Part shown: one piece after another, positions 45,528-53,513 of the stretch | Layout of the letters: each line of letters starts with the position of its first letter | Numbering within the stretch: position 1 is the first letter of the stretch | Translations under genes and position numbers: made by a program | The notes under the pieces: model-generated | What the model was told of the DNA's origin: nothing | Databases searched by the model: none | The model's input: only the letters and a program-made list of their open reading frames with translations | NCBI GenBank assembly: GCA_035259205.1 | Contig: DATFWO010000285.1 | Location: 5,987 to 69,986, forward strand | Reading direction: 5' to 3' | Origin: Burkholderiales bacterium | Lineage (GTDB): Bacteria > Pseudomonadota > Gammaproteobacteria > Burkholderiales > SG8-41 | Length of the DNA: 64,000 nucleotides

Positions 45528-47282
45528 TCAGCTTCGCCCGTTGCGAGTTTTCTCATGATCGTGATGATAATGGCCATGCTCGTGATTCTGATCATGGTCG
45601 TGATGATGGGGATGATCGTGAGAATGCCCATGAGGATGATGGTGAGCATGACCATCGTGCGGATGCTCGTGCGGCAGTCGCGGGTCCGCCTTGAATACCA
45701 GGGATTTCACCGTGACCGGCACCGTTTGCGACGGCATCCGGATGCGGCCGAGGTCGACGTAGTCGAAATCCCAGAGCGTCACCCCGTCGATCACCAGGAT
45801 GTCGCTTTCGACTTTCATTTCTTCGCGCAGGATGGCGCCCAGGTTCTGGGCGATGTCGCCGTCGAGCACGATGAAGAGCGGCTTGCGCTGGGCGATCGTG
45901 TGCGCGAATCCCCGCGCAATGCCTGCGGCGAAGGCCGCGATCCTCTCGTAGGAGGGGGATCCGCGCCAGCGCAGCGCGATCGCCACCTCGGTTTCGCCTT
46001 CGACCAAATCGAAGGCGGTGTGATGGTCGCGGATCGCGCCCGCGAGCTGGTCCACGTCGATCCGGTCCGTGCAGTGGTAGGCCGGCTGCAGCACCTGGAG
46101 ATTCCTGCGTGGCAGCAGGATGCCCGGGTCGGAGATATAGATGGTGTTGCCCGAGAGCTGCACGCTGTACTCCGATGCGCCCAGCGCGGTCGCGCGTATG
46201 CACTCGCCGGGTGGGAGGAGTGGCCAGGGCAGGGCGCCGCCGTCGAGCTTGCGCCGCAGCGCTAGGCCGAGGAGGCGTCCCATGTCGCCGAAATCGCGCG
46301 TCTCCCGCTGATACAGGTATTCGGCGACGCCCCCCGAAAACATGACGCCGGCTATGCCCTCCAGATCCGGAAGGGGATCGGTCAGGTACAGACGTTCCAG
46401 AACCGGGGGCAGCGGCCGGGCAGTGATGCAGCCGAGCAAGGCGTCCGCCATGCCGTCCGCGACACGCGCCATTGCTTCCGGCGGCGCGACATCGCCGCGG
46501 CTCCAACGGTAACCGGCTTGCGCCGCAAGGTGGCGTCCGGCGGGGTCGAGCCGCACGATGCGCTGATTCGCGTTTACTACCTGCAAGCGCCCTCCGATGT
46601 GTATCGCAGCCGTTGCGGTTACCCGCCCGTTCTCGATCACTGCGAGCTTCGTGGTGCCGCCTCCGATGTCGATATTGAGCAGGCGTTGCCCCGCCTCGTG
46701 GGATGCCGCCGCGGCGCCGGAGCCGTAGGCGGCGAGCGTGGCCTCCATATGATGCCCCGCGGTCGCGCACACGAACTCCCCGCCCTGATCGGCCAGCAGG
46801 CCGGCGATGGTTTCTGCGTTCTCGCGCCGCAGTGCCTCGCCCGTCAGGATCACCACGCCCGCGTCGACATTGTCCGGATGCAGTCCGGCCTGCTCGTACG
46901 CGGTGTCGATGATGGCGCCCAGTCCCGCCTCGTCGATGCGCTCCTCGCTCTGGTACGGCGTAAGAGAGACCGGCGACTCGAACAACGTTTCCCGCGAGAC
47001 CACGAAATAGCGGCTGGAAAGGTCTTCCGCGAGCCGCCGCAGATTCAACCTCGAGAAGATGACCTGCGTGCCGGCGGATCCGATATCGATGCCTACGCTG
47101 ACCAGGGTAACGTGATCCTGCAGCCACAGCGGGTCCTCTTCGGCGGAGCCTGCGCCGTCGAAGTGATCGTGGTCGTGATCCGCGGCTTCGTCGCCGTCGT
47201 GCGTATGGTCGTAGTCTTCCCCGTAGCGGTGGTCCTCGAGCGTATGAGGCCGCCGCCGGGTCGCGTCGTTATTGTCTTCCAT
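45528..47282 (-). CDS. EutA-family (ethanolamine ammonia-lyase reactivase-like) ASKHA ATPase with His-rich N- and C-terminal extensions
   Basis: 584 aa. The core is colinear with my recollection of E. coli EutA (SVGIDIGSAGTQVIFSRL, LLNIDIGGGTTKLAV, terminal VPVTVKSLVF). Extra residues 1-56 and the last 52 are His/Asp-rich. Confidence 0.8.
   Translation of the reverse strand: MEDNNDATRRRPHTLEDHRYGEDYDHTHDGDEAADHDHDHFDGAGSAEEDPLWLQDHVTLVSVGIDIGSAGTQVIFSRLNLRRLAEDLSSRYFVVSRETLFESPVSLTPYQSEERIDEAGLGAIIDTAYEQAGLHPDNVDAGVVILTGEALRRENAETIAGLLADQGGEFVCATAGHHMEATLAAYGSGAAAASHEAGQRLLNIDIGGGTTKLAVIENGRVTATAAIHIGGRLQVVNANQRIVRLDPAGRHLAAQAGYRWSRGDVAPPEAMARVADGMADALLGCITARPLPPVLERLYLTDPLPDLEGIAGVMFSGGVAEYLYQRETRDFGDMGRLLGLALRRKLDGGALPWPLLPPGECIRATALGASEYSVQLSGNTIYISDPGILLPRRNLQVLQPAYHCTDRIDVDQLAGAIRDHHTAFDLVEGETEVAIALRWRGSPSYERIAAFAAGIARGFAHTIAQRKPLFIVLDGDIAQNLGAILREEMKVESDILVIDGVTLWDFDYVDLGRIRMPSQTVPVTVKSLVFKADPRLPHEHPHDGHAHHHPHGHSHDHPHHHDHDQNHEHGHYHHDHEKTRNGRS
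45531..45686 (-). other. His-rich C-terminal tail of the EutA-like protein (21 His in 52 residues)
   Basis: DPRLPHEHPHDGHAHHHPHGHSHDHPHHHDHDQNHEHGHYHHDHEKTRNGRS, counted by hand. Begins where canonical EutA ends. Confidence 0.85.
47133..47282 (-). other. Acidic, His-rich N-terminal extension of the EutA-like protein
   Basis: MEDNNDATRRRPHTLEDHRYGEDYDHTHDGDEAADHDHDHFDGAGSAEED: 7 His and 18 Asp/Glu in the first 50 residues (hand count). Confidence 0.85.
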
Positions 47283-47337
47283 CGGTGGCAGCCTCGGGGA
47301 GCGCCGGAAACCCGTTATCGTAATGCAAGCGGTTCTC

Positions 47338-49245
47338 CTAGATATCGCCGCACCCGCAGCCCAGCGACCAGGTGCCGGTTGCGCCGAACACCAGCGGCTG
47401 GGAGTGTCCCTGGGTAACCGGGGTCATGGCGGCAGCCGAGGCGAGCTTGTAGTACCCGCCGTATTGCCGCACCGGCAGCCAGTCCTGCACGACGGGCGGC
47501 AAACCCGGATCGAGCTTCGAATACGGGCCGGCGGCGTAGACGACTTTTCCACCGACCATCGTGAGCACGGATTCGAGGTCCTTGATTGCGTCCACCGGGA
47601 CAGAGAAGTAATCGGCCGAGAGTATCGCCAGGTCGGCGAGCTTGCCGGCCTCGAGCGTGCCTTTCTTGTGCTCTTCTGAAGACACCCAGGCCCCGCCTGC
47701 GGTGTAGAGGCGCAGCGCCTCCGTGCGGTCGAGCAGGTTGCGCTCGCCCTGCAGCTTCTCGCCCCCCAGCGTGCGGCCGGTGACCAGCCAGTGCACCCCT
47801 ATCCACGGGTTGTAGCTGGTAGCCCGGTTGGCGTCGGTGCCGCAGGCGAGCGGTATGCCCATCTCGCGCACTCGCGCGATCGGGGGCGCATCGGCCGCCG
47901 CCTGCGGGCCGTATTTCCTGACAAATGCCTCGCCATCGAGCGACATGCGGTTCTGGATATTGATGCTGCCGCCCAGCGCGGCGACGCGCTCGAGCGTTTT
48001 CGCCGAGAGTGTCTCGCAGTGATCGAGCCCCCACCGCAGGTTCTTGAGCGGCACTTCGCGGTTCACTCCCTCGAGCACGTCGACGATGCGGGTTGCCGAC
48101 GCGTCGAAGCTCGTGTGCTGGCGGAATGGCCAGCCCTGTCCCGCAAGATATTTGACCACTGCCGCCAGATTTTTCTCCATCACGCCGGGGGGTGGCACCG
48201 GATAGTCCTTGGCGAAATTCGCAACGTCGCCCGCGGCATACAGTATGTATTCACCCGCCCCGACCATACGATAGTAGTCGTTGCCTTCGCCGTATTTCAC
48301 CAGCTTGGACCACGCCGTGTAGTTCTCGATCTCCTTCCCCGGCGCCTGGGCGAAGAGCTGATAACCGATGCGCAACGTCATGTGCCCGTCGGCCGCCAGC
48401 TTTGCGATCGCCTGGTAGTTGTCCGGGTAGTTCTGGCCGCCGCCTCCGGCGTCGATCACGCTGGTCACGCCGAGCCGGTTGTGCTCGCGCATGAAGTGGC
48501 GGGTCGAAAGTATCTGATCCTCGGGGGGGAGGCGTGGAATGCGCAACCAGACTCCGACGAGGCTCGCGAGGCTGGTGGTCGATAGCACGAGGCCGGTCGG
48601 GTTGCCGCCGGCGTCGCGGTCGATCGTGCCGCCGAACATGTCTTTGGTCTCGTTGCTCCAGCCGAGCACCCTCAATGCCGCGCGGTTGAGCCACGCCCGA
48701 TCGTAGAGGTGCATTACCATGCACGGCGTATCGCCGGATGCCGCGTTGATCTCATCGAGGGTCGGAAAACGCTTTTCGGCGAATTGCGCCCAGGTCCATC
48801 CGCCGATCACCTGCACCCAATGCGGCGGCGGCGTGCGGCGTGCCTGCTCGCGCACGCGGCGCAGGCCTTCCGCGAGCGTAGGCACGCCGTCCCAGCGCAC
48901 TTCGTTGGTATAAGTGAGACCCCCGCGGATGAAATGAGTATGCGCATCGTTCAGTCCCGGGATGACCGTGCGGCCGGCTGCGTCGATCACCTTGGTCGCC
49001 GGACCGCGCAGTTGAGCGAGGTCCGTCTCGCTGCCGACGCCGATGATGGCCTCGCCCTTGACCGCAAGGGTCGTTGCGGTCGGCTGCCTGCGATTGAGCG
49101 TCGCAATGCGGGCGTTCACGATCATGGTGTCGGCCGGCCCCGCAGACCCGGCGACGGATGCGCACCCGCCGAGCATCGACCACGCCAGGAGGCTGCCGCC
49201 GCCGGCGAGCGAGTCGCGGATGAACTCGCGCCGCCGCGGGTCCAT
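47338..49245 (-). CDS. Amidohydrolase-3 (YtcJ-like) metal-dependent hydrolase with Tat signal and lipobox
   Basis: Only the C-terminal 635 codons of the 1105-aa track ORF are used. ATG 49245 gives MDPRRREFIRDSLAGGGSLLAWSMLGGCAS (RRxFI, LGGC), then GLNDAHTHFIRGG, ...ACGTDA.... Ends ...WSLGCGCGDI. Confidence 0.8.
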   Translation of the reverse strand: MDPRRREFIRDSLAGGGSLLAWSMLGGCASVAGSAGPADTMIVNARIATLNRRQPTATTLAVKGEAIIGVGSETDLAQLRGPATKVIDAAGRTVIPGLNDAHTHFIRGGLTYTNEVRWDGVPTLAEGLRRVREQARRTPPPHWVQVIGGWTWAQFAEKRFPTLDEINAASGDTPCMVMHLYDRAWLNRAALRVLGWSNETKDMFGGTIDRDAGGNPTGLVLSTTSLASLVGVWLRIPRLPPEDQILSTRHFMREHNRLGVTSVIDAGGGGQNYPDNYQAIAKLAADGHMTLRIGYQLFAQAPGKEIENYTAWSKLVKYGEGNDYYRMVGAGEYILYAAGDVANFAKDYPVPPPGVMEKNLAAVVKYLAGQGWPFRQHTSFDASATRIVDVLEGVNREVPLKNLRWGLDHCETLSAKTLERVAALGGSINIQNRMSLDGEAFVRKYGPQAAADAPPIARVREMGIPLACGTDANRATSYNPWIGVHWLVTGRTLGGEKLQGERNLLDRTEALRLYTAGGAWVSSEEHKKGTLEAGKLADLAILSADYFSVPVDAIKDLESVLTMVGGKVVYAAGPYSKLDPGLPPVVQDWLPVRQYGGYYKLASAAAMTPVTQGHSQPLVFGATGTWSLGCGCGDI

Positions 49246-49464
49246 CTCGACGCGCGATGGTTCGCCGCCAGCGCAGGAGTTGCGGTACGGTCCGATATCC
49301 CTGAGCACCTTGGTTTCTCCCTGGTTCCGTCGCGCCGGCCCACACGACGTGGGATTGTGTTCGTTCGTCCCGGGGGCGATGGTCCCGGGGCAATATACGA
49401 TACGCGCGGCAAAGCCGTAAACCGCTGCTTGTATGCGCCGGCGCCGGAAGCGATAATCGGTTCC

Positions 49465-50580
49465 ATGAGCCAGGCCCGCAAACAGCCGCCGTTTCGCGCG
49501 GATCACGTCGGCAGCCTGTTGCGTCCGCCGGAGCTGCATGCGACGCGCGCCAGGGCGGCGAAGGGTGAGATCGACCGCGCGGCGCTGCGGTTGAAAGAGG
49601 ACGAGTGCATACGCAACGTCGTGGCGCTCCAGGAATCGGTCGGGCTGCAGAGCATTACCGACGGGGAGTTTCGGCGCGACTGGTGGCACATCGATTTTCT
49701 GCACGGATTCGACGGCGTGGACCTGGCGCAGGGCGATGCGTACGGCAACGCCAGGTTCCAGGGCGCCGACGAGCAACCGCCGTTCATGCAGGTCACTCGC
49801 AGGATCCGGCGCGTGAAGCCGAGCATGCTCGACCACTTCAAGTATCTGAAGTCGGTCACCAGGCGCACGCCCAAGTTCACGATGCCTTCGCCTGCGATGC
49901 TGCATGCCCGCGGCGATCGCGAAGCGATGCGCAGGACCTATCCCGACCAGAAGGAATTCTGGGCCGACCTTACCCAGGCCTACCGGGAGGAAATCCGCGA
50001 TCTTTACGACGCGGGATGCCGCTACCTCCAGATCGACGACACGACGATCGCCATGATGGGCGACCCGAAAGTGCAGGAGCAGTTTCGCAAGCTGGGAGAC
50101 GACCCGAAGAGCGACATGGCGGTGTATGCCGACGCGGTCAATGCCGCGATACGGGACGTCCCCGATGACATGACCGTCGCCATCCACACCTGCCGCGGCA
50201 ACTTCAAGAGCACCTGGCTGGCAAGCGGCAGCTACGATTTCGTGGCCGACACGTCGTTCGCGCGGCTCGACGTCGATGCGTTCTTCCTCGAGTACGACAC
50301 CGAGCGCGCCGGCGGTTTCGAGCCGTTGCGGTTCGTGCCGAAGGGAAAGACGGTGGTGCTGGGGCTCGTCAGCACCAAGGTGGCGGAGCTCGAGAAGAAA
50401 GACGACCTGAAGCGCCGCATCGACGCTGCGGGGAAATTCGTGCCGCTCGAGAACCTTTGTCTCTCCCCTCAGTGCGGCTTTTCGAGCACGCATCACGGCA
50501 ACAAGATCACCGAGGACGACGAGCGGCGCAAGCTCGCGCTCGTGCTGGAAGTCGCTCAGGAGGTCTGGGGCTCGAGCTAG
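49465..50580 (+). CDS. Single-domain MetE-like protein (cobalamin-independent methionine synthase family, second subtype)
   Basis: Track ORF 48709-50580 trimmed to ATG 49465. 371 aa starting MSQARKQPPFRADHVGSLLRP. Putative Zn ligands IHTCRGN and SPQCGFSS. Confidence 0.85.
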   Translation: MSQARKQPPFRADHVGSLLRPPELHATRARAAKGEIDRAALRLKEDECIRNVVALQESVGLQSITDGEFRRDWWHIDFLHGFDGVDLAQGDAYGNARFQGADEQPPFMQVTRRIRRVKPSMLDHFKYLKSVTRRTPKFTMPSPAMLHARGDREAMRRTYPDQKEFWADLTQAYREEIRDLYDAGCRYLQIDDTTIAMMGDPKVQEQFRKLGDDPKSDMAVYADAVNAAIRDVPDDMTVAIHTCRGNFKSTWLASGSYDFVADTSFARLDVDAFFLEYDTERAGGFEPLRFVPKGKTVVLGLVSTKVAELEKKDDLKRRIDAAGKFVPLENLCLSPQCGFSSTHHGNKITEDDERRKLALVLEVAQEVWGSS

Positions 50581-50584
50581 AACG

Positions 50585-50714
50585 GCGTCGCAGATAAAAC
50601 GTCGCAGATGCGGCGTCGCAAAAAAGGGGTGTCGCAGACACGGCGCCTTCAACAACGCCTTATCTGGGACGTTCTATCTGAGACGCATCACCCGAGACGC
50701 TTCATTTGCGACGC
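50585..50714. repeat. Inverted pair of 14-nt-period arrays: 4 x (G)CGTCGCAGAT-type units, then 4 x ATCTGAGACG-type units
   Basis: GTCGC units start at 50587/50601/50615/50631. CTGGGAC/CTGAGAC/CCGAGAC/TTGCGAC start at 50664/50678/50692/50706. Lies between convergent MetE-like genes. The last unit encodes the C-terminus and stop of 50702-51889. Confidence 0.85.
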
Positions 50715-51889
50715 TTTTGTCGCCAGAGCTGCTTGGTGGCGATGCGCGCGCCCTCTGCGAGTGACTGGAGCTTCGCCCAGGCGATCTTCGCGTGTCCAAC
50801 CCGGGGACCTAGCCCGCAATCGGTGCCGCCCATCACGTTTTCCCGGCCGACGAGATTCGCGTAGCGGATCAGGCGCTCCGCCACCAGCTCCGGGTGCTCG
50901 ATGAGGTCGGTGCAGTGGCCGACGACGCCCGGAATGAGGACTGCGTCCTCCGGGGGCTTTACCTCCTCGAACACCCGCCATTCGTGCTCGTGACGGGGAT
51001 TCGAGGCTTCGATCGAGTAGCTGCCGGCGCGGACTTTGAAGATGATGTCCACGATGTCCCGCAACGGAATGTCGGCCTGGTGCGGGCCGTGGAAGCTGCC
51101 CCAGCACACGTGAAGGCGGACCTTCTCCGTCGGTATGTCGCGCAACGCGTGATTCAGCGCTTCCACGCGGAGGGTGGCGTACTTGCGGTACTCGGGGAGG
51201 CTCATATCGGGATACATCTGCCAGCCGTCGGGCAGATCGGGGTCGTCGATCTGGAGCAGGAGCCCGGCGTCGACAATGCCCTTGTATTCCTCGCGCATGG
51301 CCTCGGCGATGGCGTAGACGAAAGCCTCCTCGCTCGGATAGTGCTCGTTGCGCAACCAGTGCTCGATCGTGCCGGGCGTGTTGGCGGGGAGAAACGCTTC
51401 TTCGACTTTTGTCTGCTGGAGCGCAGCCTTGAAGTTCTCCAGGTCTTCCTTGAGCGCGGACTGGCCCACGTATTTGAGCGGCGCGACGCAGTAGACCTGC
51501 GACTGGCTGGGCCCGGAGCCGGCAAAAGCGCCGAAGCCGCGGCCGCCTGCCGCGAAGTACTCGGGAAAGCTCCGGACATCCCGGGCCGCGATGCTGAGGG
51601 GCTGCGGACCTTCACCCGGGCGGTGCTGCCGGGTCTCGAAGCCAGAGAGCCGCTCGCGCACGTAGTTCGTGAAATTGGTCTTGCCGAGCTCGCCGTCATT
51701 AACGCTGTCGATCCCGCAGTCGACCTGTCTACGCACGGTCTCCGCGACGGCGCTGCGCAGTCGTGCGGCGAGGCGACGCTGGTCGTACGGCTCGCCGGCG
51801 GCGCGGGCAAAGATCATTTTCTTCAGCTCGTCGTCGCGCGGAAGGCTACCGGCATGAGTCGTGAGGATTCGTTCCGTGCTGCGCTTCAT
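50702..51889 (-). CDS. Single-domain MetE-like protein (paralogue of 25883-27055)
   Basis: Track ORF trimmed to ATG 51889. 395 aa starting MKRSTERILTTHAGSLPRD, with HVCWG, TDCGLG, NPRHEHEW. Confidence 0.85.
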   Translation of the reverse strand: MKRSTERILTTHAGSLPRDDELKKMIFARAAGEPYDQRRLAARLRSAVAETVRRQVDCGIDSVNDGELGKTNFTNYVRERLSGFETRQHRPGEGPQPLSIAARDVRSFPEYFAAGGRGFGAFAGSGPSQSQVYCVAPLKYVGQSALKEDLENFKAALQQTKVEEAFLPANTPGTIEHWLRNEHYPSEEAFVYAIAEAMREEYKGIVDAGLLLQIDDPDLPDGWQMYPDMSLPEYRKYATLRVEALNHALRDIPTEKVRLHVCWGSFHGPHQADIPLRDIVDIIFKVRAGSYSIEASNPRHEHEWRVFEEVKPPEDAVLIPGVVGHCTDLIEHPELVAERLIRYANLVGRENVMGGTDCGLGPRVGHAKIAWAKLQSLAEGARIATKQLWRQKRRK

Positions 51890-51969
51890 GATAATCTGGC
51901 GCTCTCGGTCGTATGCCGCCATTCTACGTGTCCATTCGCTCCTATTGCGACCGGTCAGGGAGGCGCCTC

Positions 51970-52953
51970 ATGCAGTCCAGGTTTCCCGCCCGATGGGCCG
52001 GCGTTGGGCTTGCGCTGTCCTTCGCCTTCGCGGCAAACGCGCAGCAGGATGCCGCGAAGGATTTTCCGAACAAGCCGGTCCGCATCATCGTCGGTTTCGC
52101 TGCGGGCGGCGGCAACGACATTATCGTGCGGGTGCTTGCGCCGCGCCTGACCGAAGCGCTGGGGCAATCCGTGATCATAGACAACCGGCCCGGCGCGGCC
52201 GGCATGATTGCCGCAGAGCTGGGGGCGAAGGCCACGCCCGACGGCTACACGCTGTTCATGGGGCCGATCGGGACCATGGCGATGAATCCGGCGATCTATT
52301 CGAAGCTGCCGTACTCGCCGCTGCAGGATTTTGCCCAGATCACCATGATAGGGTCGTTTCCGCTGCTGCTGGTCGTGCATCCGTCGCTGGGGGCCAAGTC
52401 GGTGAAGGAACTGGTCGCGTTTTCGAAGACGAGTCCGGAGAAGAGCAACTACGCCTCGAGCGCGGCGCCATTCCAGCTCTCGTCCGAGCTCTTCAACCAG
52501 AAGACCGGCGCCCGGTTCACGCACATTCCGTACAAGAGCAGCGGGGAATCGGTGAGCGCCGTGATCGGCGGGCAGGTCACTTTCACGATCGCCGACCCGC
52601 CGCCGGTCGTCGGGCAGCTGAAGGCAGGCCGGGTACGCGCGCTGGCGGTGACCTCGGCGGCGCGCCATCCGTCGTGGCCCGATCTGCCGACGATGGCCGA
52701 AGCGGGCATCCCGGGCATCGAGGTTACCCTGTGGACCGGCTTTCACGCGCCTGCCCGGACGCCGACAGCGGTCGTGAAAAGGTTGCATGCCGTCATGGCC
52801 CGCGTCATTCACCTGCCCGACAGCGTCGAGCGGCTGGCGGGGATGGCCATAGATCCGGTCGGCAATACACCGGAGGAGTTCCGTCGCATCATTGCCGCGG
52901 ACATCGCGAAGTGGACCGCTGTCGCGAAAGCGGCGAACATCAAGGCTGATTGA
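51970..52953 (+). CDS. Bug/TctC-family periplasmic solute-binding protein
   Basis: Track ORF trimmed to ATG 51970 (GGGAGG 7 nt upstream). 327 aa. Signal peptide, DFPNKPVRIIVGFAAGGGND, DNRPGAAGMIA, PDGYT, HIPYKS. Confidence 0.9.
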   Translation: MQSRFPARWAGVGLALSFAFAANAQQDAAKDFPNKPVRIIVGFAAGGGNDIIVRVLAPRLTEALGQSVIIDNRPGAAGMIAAELGAKATPDGYTLFMGPIGTMAMNPAIYSKLPYSPLQDFAQITMIGSFPLLLVVHPSLGAKSVKELVAFSKTSPEKSNYASSAAPFQLSSELFNQKTGARFTHIPYKSSGESVSAVIGGQVTFTIADPPPVVGQLKAGRVRALAVTSAARHPSWPDLPTMAEAGIPGIEVTLWTGFHAPARTPTAVVKRLHAVMARVIHLPDSVERLAGMAIDPVGNTPEEFRRIIAADIAKWTAVAKAANIKAD

Positions 52954-52962
52954 GGAGCGCCA

Positions 52963-53103
52963 CGCGTCGCGGATACTGCGTCCCAGATATAGCGTCCCAG
53001 ATGAAGCGTGCCAAGCACGTAGAATCTGAGACGACCCATCTGAGACGTAGTATCTGAGACGCTTCACCTGAGACGCCTACCTGGGACGTATTACCGCAGA
53101 CGA
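52963..53103. repeat. Inverted pair of 14-nt-period arrays: 4 x GCGTCCCAGAT-type units, then 6 x ATCTGAGACG-type units
   Basis: GCGTC/GCGTG start at 52964/52978/52992/53006. CTGAGAC-type units start at 53026/53040/53054/53068/53081/53095 (indexed by hand). Lies 3' of the Bug gene. Confidence 0.85.
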
Positions 53104-53125
53104 TCTACCAAGAGGAGAAGCAAGG

Positions 53126-53512
53126 ATGGACAAACAGATCGCATGGGTAGCCGCTGCCGCGTTGGTGGTCATAGCCGCGGCGCTGAGCATTACAGCCTAT
53201 CAAAGCTGGCGCACAAATGCCGGGCCCGCGCTCACGGCGCCCTATCACGCAGTGCTGCTCGCCAACGGCGGCGCATTTTTCGGCCGCGTCGAGAACCTTC
53301 AGTCCGAATATCCCGTGCTGCGCGACGTCTTCTACATTCAATCCCGGACCAATCCGGAAACCAAGCAGGTCACCAACATACTCGTGAAGCGCGGCCAGGA
53401 GTGGCACATGCCGGACCGCATGATACTCAACAAGCGCCAGATCGTGCTGATCGAGCCGGTTGCGGAAGGCTCCCAGGTGGCGAAGCTGATCGCTGAGCAG
53501 GGCAAGAAGTAG
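53126..53512 (+). CDS. Small membrane-anchored protein of unknown function
   Basis: 128 aa. One N-terminal TM helix (IAWVAAAALVVIAAALSITAY). Strong RBS AAGAGGAGAAG. Its stop lies 1 nt before the ATG of the following Bug gene. Confidence 0.6.
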   Translation: MDKQIAWVAAAALVVIAAALSITAYQSWRTNAGPALTAPYHAVLLANGGAFFGRVENLQSEYPVLRDVFYIQSRTNPETKQVTNILVKRGQEWHMPDRMILNKRQIVLIEPVAEGSQVAKLIAEQGKK

Positions 53513-53513
53513 C

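Noticed and set aside
42043-47127. Long ORFs 42043-44004 (+), 44793-46265 (+) and 45592-47127 (-), including Met/Ile/Val-rich segments such as MIVMIMAMLVILIMVVMMGMIV
   Set aside because: They are antisense or out of frame to the SBP, bicupin, ABC ATPase and EutA-like genes. The hydrophobic stretch is merely the complement or frameshift of the His-codon (CAT/CAC) tract, not a membrane protein.
45528-47282. Ethanolamine utilisation (eut) locus
   Set aside because: Only an EutA homologue is present. There is no eutB/eutC lyase, microcompartment shell, EutE/EutD or cobalamin genes, so I do not call eut function.
49367-49390. Direct repeat GTCCCGGGG x2 (each containing the CCCGGG palindrome) in the divergent spacer between the YtcJ-like and MetE-like genes
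   Set aside because: The repeat is short and GC-rich, so it is plausible by chance in this composition. I have no further copies or regulator to link it to, and it is noted only as a weak operator candidate.
47338-50655. 1105-aa minus-strand ORF, the longest in the track
   Set aside because: Only the C-terminal 635 codons (from ATG 49245, with a Tat signal) look like a real amidohydrolase. The N-terminal ~470 codons are Arg/Ala/Gly/Pro/His-rich and lie antisense to the well-supported MetE-like gene 49465-50580. This is a high-GC shadow extension, not a giant fusion protein.
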